Source: Octopus vulgaris
Taxonomy: Eukaryota
Reading direction: 5' to 3'
DNA: 64,000 nt
Assembly: GCA_951406725.2 (NCBI GenBank)
Contig: OX597842.1
Coordinates: 33,294,001 to 33,358,000, forward strand
Positions 58,045-64,000 of this stretch are shown piece by piece; position 1 is the stretch's first letter; the number at the start of each line of letters is the position of its first letter. Both the position numbers and the translations under genes were made by a program. A model generated the notes under the pieces. The model was not told the DNA's origin. It was given only the letters and a program-made list of their open reading frames with translations, and searched no databases.

Positions 58045-59479
58045 GATATATATGTATATATATATACATATATATGTATACATCTATATACATATATATG
58101 TATATATCTATATACATATAGATGCATATATTTATATACATCTATATATACATACATATTTATAAACACACATGTATAAACAAACAAATATACACACACT
58201 CATGTATGTTTACACCACGCACCTACATCTTCACATACAGCCTTATATATATATACATATATATATATATATACGTATATATATGTATGTATACTCACTA
58301 ACACACTGCTACACCAATACGGCCAACGCAGACACATACCCATAGACACACACAGACACACATATATATATATAGTATGAATACACACACACACACACAC
58401 ATATATATATAGTATGAATATACACACACACATATATAGTATGTATATATACACACATATACACACACACACAGAGCTTAAGCAGCATCAAATTGATACG
58501 GCTGTCAAGAATGTTACAACAGTTAGACAGTTTGAAGTTGATGAGGAACGGTTCGATCCGGCACAAAACATGCAACTTTTCAGGGGTGGGAGGCACGGAA
58601 AGGGGGCTTCACGAGGCGGGGGTGGGTGCGTTGATAGTTTTGTCGATGTTATTTAGATGTGGTTTCAATGCTTGATTGTGTTTGTTTGTTTTTTTGTTGT
58701 TGATGATTTTTTTGTGGTTGGTTGGTGGTGGTGGTGGTGGTGGTGGTGGTAGTGGTGGTGGTGGTGGCGGAATTGGGGGTAGAATGTTTGGTCCGTGTTG
58801 GGTTTGTTTTTAATTGTGTTTAGGGATGAAAATTTTCTGCTTATGTGTCTGTGTGTGTAGGTGGGTGGGAGGTATACATGTGTGTGTGTGTGTGTGTGTT
58901 TGTGTGTGTGTTTGTACGTATATATATGTGTGTGTGTTTGTGTCTGTGTGCAGTTGTGTGAGTATTTCTGTATGTATGTCAACGTGCATATAATTGTATG
59001 TGTGTGTGTGTATATATATATATAGTGTTTATATATATATATATAATGTATATATATATATATATATATAATATATATATATATACCTCTGTGCGTATAC
59101 ACATTTATACATATGTCAGTATATATCTATATGTGTGTATATATATATACATATGTATGTGTGTGTATATATGTGTGTGTAAATGCTTTTATAGTTACGA
59201 ATGCTAATGTATATTTATGCACATATACATGTCCGTGCGTATGCATGTGTGTGTGTGTATATATATATATATATTTATATATATACACACACACATATAT
59301 GTGTGTGTGTGGGCGTCTACACATCTGTCTGTTTGTCTTTTAGCCCGTACGGCTACGAAAATTCCGTCTATAAACTTTATTTTATTTTTGATTCGTATAG
59401 TAAGAAAATGGCGGTTGGAATATTTTTCTTTCTTTGTTATTTTCGCAACGGAATTGGTGAAGAATATTTCAATGAGTCT

Positions 59480-59808
59480 GTGAGAGAGAGGGAGAGAGAG
59501 GGAGAGAGAGAGGGGAGGGGGAAAGAGAGAGACTGATATAAGAGGTTGAAAGAGAGAGAGAGAGAGAGAGAGAGAGACGTACAAACATCCAGAGTGAGAG
59601 AGGAGGGAATAGAGAGACAGACAGACAGACGCACAAACATCCAGAGAGAGAGAGAGAGAGGAGGAAATAGAGAGACAGAGAGATATAAGGAGAGATGGAA
59701 AGAAGGATAGAGGTATGTAGAGAGAGAGGAAGAGAGAGAGAGGAAGAGAGAGAGAGAGGAAGAGAGAGAGAAGAGGGGGAAAGAGAGAGACTGATAGAAG
59801 AGGTAGAA

Positions 59809-59839
<31 letters not shown>

Positions 59840-60459
59840 TACAAACATCCAGAGAGAGAGAGAGAGAGAGGAGGGAATAGAGAGACAGACAGACAGACGC
59901 ACAAACATCCAGAGAGAGAGAGAGAGAGGAGGAAATAGAGAGACAGAGAGATATAAGGAGAGATGGAAAGAAGGATAAAGGTATGTAGAGAGAGAGGGAG
60001 AGAGAGAGAGGAGGGGGAAAGAGAGAGACTGATAGAAGAGGTTGAAAGAGAGAGAGAGAGAGATAGAGAGAGAGAGACGTAGAAACATCCAGAGAGAGAG
60101 AGAGAGGAGGAAATAGAGAGACAGAGAGATATAAGGAGAGATGGAAAGAAGGATAGAGGTATGTAGAGAGAGAGGGAGAGAGAGAGAGGAGGGGAAAGAG
60201 AGAGTCTGATAGAAGAGGTAGAAAGAGAGAGAGAGACAGACAGACAGACAGACGTACAAACATCCAGAGAGAGAGAGAGAGGAGGGAATAGAGAGACAGA
60301 CAGACAGACGCACAAACATCCAGAGAGAGAGAGAGAGGAGGAAATAGAGAGACAGAGAGATATAAGGAGAGATGGAAAGAAGGATAGAGGTATGTAGAGA
60401 GAGAGGGAGAGAGAGAGAGGAGGGAGAAAGAGAGAGACTGATAGAAGAGGTAGAAAGAG

Positions 60460-60494
<35 letters not shown>

Positions 60495-60660
60495 CGTACA
60501 AACATCCAGAGAGAGGGGAGGGAATAGAGAGATAGAGATAATCATGGAGAGACAGAAAAAAATAAAGGAAATAGAGAGACAGAGAGATATAAGGAGAGAT
60601 GGAAAGAAGGATAAAGGTATGTAGAGAGAGTGGGAGAGAGAGAGAGAGAGAGAGAGAGAG
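59480..60660. repeat. GA-rich higher-order minisatellite
   Basis: Recurring modules ACAAACATCCAGAGAG, GATATAAGGAGAGATGGAAAGAAGGATA and CTGATAGAAGAGG. Confidence 0.92.
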
Positions 60661-60904
60661 GGGGAGGAAGAGACAGAGAGACAGATAGAGAAGCTGGAGT
60701 AGAGAGAGAGAGACAGGCAAGTGAAAGAGAGACTGAAACAGAATGAGAAGGAGCGAGAGAGAGAGAGCAAGAAAGACACAGAGGGAAAGAGAGAGAGGAA
60801 AAGAGAGATGAAAAGATTGTGATAAACAGTGGGAGAGAGAGGGGAGAGGGAGAGATGTAGGGAGTGAGTAGAAGAGAGACTGAAAGAAAGTGTAGAGTGA
60901 TAAA

Positions 60905-61805
60905 GAAAACGGGAGAGAGAGAGAGAGAGATGGATAGAGAAAACGGGAGAGAGAGAAAGAGATGGATAGAGAAAACGGGAGAGAGAGAGAGAGATGGATA
61001 GAGAAAACGGGAGAGAGAGAGAGAGAGAGAGAGATGGATAGAGAAAACGGGAGAGAGAGAGAGAGATGGATAGAGAAAACGGGAGAGAGAGAGAGAGAGA
61101 TGGATAGAGAAAACGGGAGAGAGAGAGAGATGGATAGAGAAAACGGGAGAGAGAGAGAGAGATGGATAGAGAAAACGGGAGAGAGAGAGAGAGAGATGGA
61201 TAGAGAAAACGGGAGAGAGAGAGAGAGATGGATAGAGAAAACGGGAGAGAGAGAGAGAGATGGATAGAGAAAACGGGAGAGAGAGAGAGAGATGGATAGA
61301 GAAAAAGAGAGAGAGAGAGAGAGATGGATAGAGAAAACGGGAGAGAGAGAGAGAGATGGATAGAGAAAACGGGAGAGAGAGAGAGAGATGGATAGAGAAA
61401 ACGGGAGAGAGAGAGAGAGATGGATAGAGAAAACGGGAGAGAGAGAGAGAGATGGATAGAGAAAACGGGAGAGAGAGAGAGAGATGGATAGAGAAAACGG
61501 GAGAGAGAGAGAGATGGATAGAGAAAACGGGAGAGAGAGAGAGAGATGGATAGAGAAAACGGGAGAGAGAGAGAGAGATGGATAGAGAAAACGGGAGAGA
61601 GAGAGAGAGATGGATAGAGAAAACGGGAGAGAGAGAGAGAGATGGATAGAGAAAACGGGAGAGAGAGAGAGATGGATAGAGAAAACGGGAGAGAGAGAGA
61701 GATGGATAGAGAAAACGGGAGAGAGAGAGATGGATGGATAGAGAAAACGGGAGAGAGAGAGAGAGAGATGGATAGAGAAAACGGGAGAGAGAGAGAGAGA
61801 TGGAG
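60905..61805. repeat. ~30-bp minisatellite GATGGATAGAGAAAACGG(GA)n, roughly 30 copies
   Basis: Invariant core with variable (GA)n spacer length. Confidence 0.95.
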
Positions 61806-62159
61806 AGACTAAGGGGAGAAAGTCGGAGCAGGGTAGAGAGTCAGACACATGCAAAATGACAAACAGAGAGGGAGAGTGAGGGAGAGAAACCAGAGTGAGA
61901 TTGAATCGGTGTACAAAACACGATTTGAGGGGGGAAAAAATAAGGGTGGACAGAAAGACGGGTGGACGGTTAAGTAGGTGAGTAATTCGTAGATCTGTAA
62001 GGATAAAACAAATACGAGGCTGCAGGAGAAGCAATGGTGGTGGTGGTGGTGGTGGTGATGATGGGGGTGGTTTGGTGATAGAATTCAATGAGGGTAGATG
62101 TAAGATTGGTCGGGTGGATTATAAGACTGTCGGCTACGTAGCTATTAGACGATGAAATG

Positions 62160-62206
<47 letters not shown>

Positions 62207-62659
62207 TGTTGTTGTTGTTGTTGTTGTTGTTGTAGTTGAGGTGGTGGTGGTAGTGGTGTCCATGGTAATGGTGGTGTTGGTGATGGTGGTGGTGGTGGTG
62301 GTAGTAGTGGAGGTGGTAGTAGTGGTTTGTGCATGGAACAGAGTGAGGGTAGATACGTGGTCAAGTGGGTCGGGTGGCTCAGGTGAGTACCTACGCTTCA
62401 GTGATGAATTACTAGTGGTGGTCATGGGGGTCGTGGTAGTGATTGAGGTGGTGGTGGTAAGGGTGGTAGTAGTATTGTTCTTTTCAGTGGTGTTTGAGGA
62501 TAGGTAGAGGATTTCAGTTCAGCCTGGATCAGTGGTCCTCAACCACAGTCCACGTGACTCCCTATGGGTCCACTTAAGATTTGGTGGTGGTGGTCGTGGC
62601 GGCGGAGGGGTGAGTCCATGAAAGCAAAATAAGAAATCGGGAGTCCACAGCAGAATTTC

Positions 62660-62775
62660 TTTGTGGTAAGAAGTTCACTTCCCAACCACATGGTTCTGGG
62701 TTCAGTCCCATTGCGTGACACCTTGGGCAAGCCTTGTGAGTGGATTTGGTTGACGGAAACTGAAAGAAGCCCGTC

Positions 62776-62818
<43 letters not shown>

Positions 62819-62990
62819 TGTATATGTGTGTCTGCGTGTATCTATCTACATAAACGTGTGTGTATGTGCGTGTGTGTATATGTGTGTGTATGTGTGTGTG
62901 TGTGTGTGTTGGTCCTCTCGCCATCGCTTGACAACCGTTGCTGGGGTGTTTATGTCCCTGTAACTTAGCAGTTTGGCAAAAGGGACAAAC
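62660..62990 (+). mobile_element. SINE family B, internally deleted and 3-prime truncated
   Basis: GTGGTAAGAAGTTCACTTCCCAACCACATGGTTCTGGGTTCAGTCCC..CCTTGGGCAAG..GGAAACTGAAAGAAGCCCGTCG..CTGTAACTTAGCAGTTTGGCAAAAG. Confidence 0.85.
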
Positions 62991-62996
62991 AGTAAT

Positions 62997-63200
62997 ATCA
63001 TCATCATCAACGTCACCCCAATGGCCACCCTTAATACGAGAGCACTCACAGACCCAGTTTCCGCCACCCTCGCCACCGGTATCATCACCACCACCACTGC
63101 CAGCATCATCATCATCATCAATGCCACCCCAACGGCCACCCTTATTACGAGAGCACTAACAGACCCAGTTTCCGCCACCTTCGCCACCGGCATCATCACC
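62997..63200. repeat. ~108-bp tandem duplication within (CAT/CAC)n
   Basis: GGCCACCCTTA(A/T)TACGAGAGCACT(C/A)ACAGACCCAGTTTCCGCCACC twice. Confidence 0.85.
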
Positions 63201-63271
63201 ACCACCACCACTGCCACTTCCACCATCACCATCATCATCATCGCCATTAGCATAGCAACCATCATCATTAC

Positions 63272-63306
<35 letters not shown>

Positions 63307-63552
63307 ACGTCATCACTATATTCTACACTGAATCTAACTAATTCGCCCTCCTCATTCTTTGACTCCATCTTGTCCCCTTTTTCTTCTCCCTCTCCTTGTG
63401 CCTACCTACAACCCCCTCGCCCCCTAGCATCCATTGACACGCATCACTGAACACACGTACATTGAACAGAAGTGATCAAACAGAAATTGGCGGGAGCCGA
63501 CGACGACGAAGACAACAACAACAAGCACAACTCTAAAAATACATATGATGAC

Positions 63553-63596
<44 letters not shown>

Positions 63597-64000
63597 GGAT
63601 GATGATGATGATGATGATGATTATGATGATGATGGTGGTGGTGGTGATGTTGATTAGAATGATGATGATGATGTTGAGGATGATGATGATGATGATGATG
63701 ATGATAATAATAATAATAATAGTAATGATGATGATGATGATGATGATGTTGATGATGGTGATGATGGTGATGATGATGATGATGATGATGTTGGTGGTGG
63801 TTGTGATGTTGATTATAATGATGATGATGATGATGACGATGATGATGACGATGATGATGACGATGATGATGATGACGATGATGATGACGATGATGATGAC
63901 GATGATGATGACGACGATGATGATGACGATGATGATGATGATGATGATGATGGTATCAAGAGCAGCCAAAAACAAATAAAAAACAAATAAACAAACTAAA

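Overview
Eukaryotic, extremely microsatellite-rich DNA ((TA)n, (CA)n, (GATA)n, (TAA)n, (GAT)n, (GA)n). The SINE families look octopod-cephalopod (Octopus-like; recognised from memory, not from a search). Nearly all ORFs in the track are microsatellite artefacts. The only host coding sequence I can support is one 153-nt, phase 1-1 internal exon of Pax6 on the minus strand (11381-11533). It encodes the end of the linker and helix 1 of the homeodomain (..MRIRLKRKLQRNRTSFTAAQIEALEK). I found no other Pax6 exon, so the rest is most likely intron (>11 kb downstream, >52 kb upstream). These introns hold: two tRNA-derived SINE families, one forming head-to-tail multimers with a fixed junction; several 3-prime stubs of restriction-like-endonuclease (R4/Dong-type) non-LTR retrotransposons in (TAA)n tracts; Penelope-like fragments, one with a minimal hammerhead ribozyme on the Pax6 sense strand; a ~110-bp-arm near-perfect hairpin; MITE/foldback and Helentron-type elements; local tandem arrays; and small unique islands with candidate cis-regulatory motifs. 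I see no clear-cut new system. The strongest leads are the SINE multimer junction, the competing inverted SINE pairs around a skippable in-frame Pax6 exon, and the ribozyme and hairpin RNA structures in the pre-mRNA.
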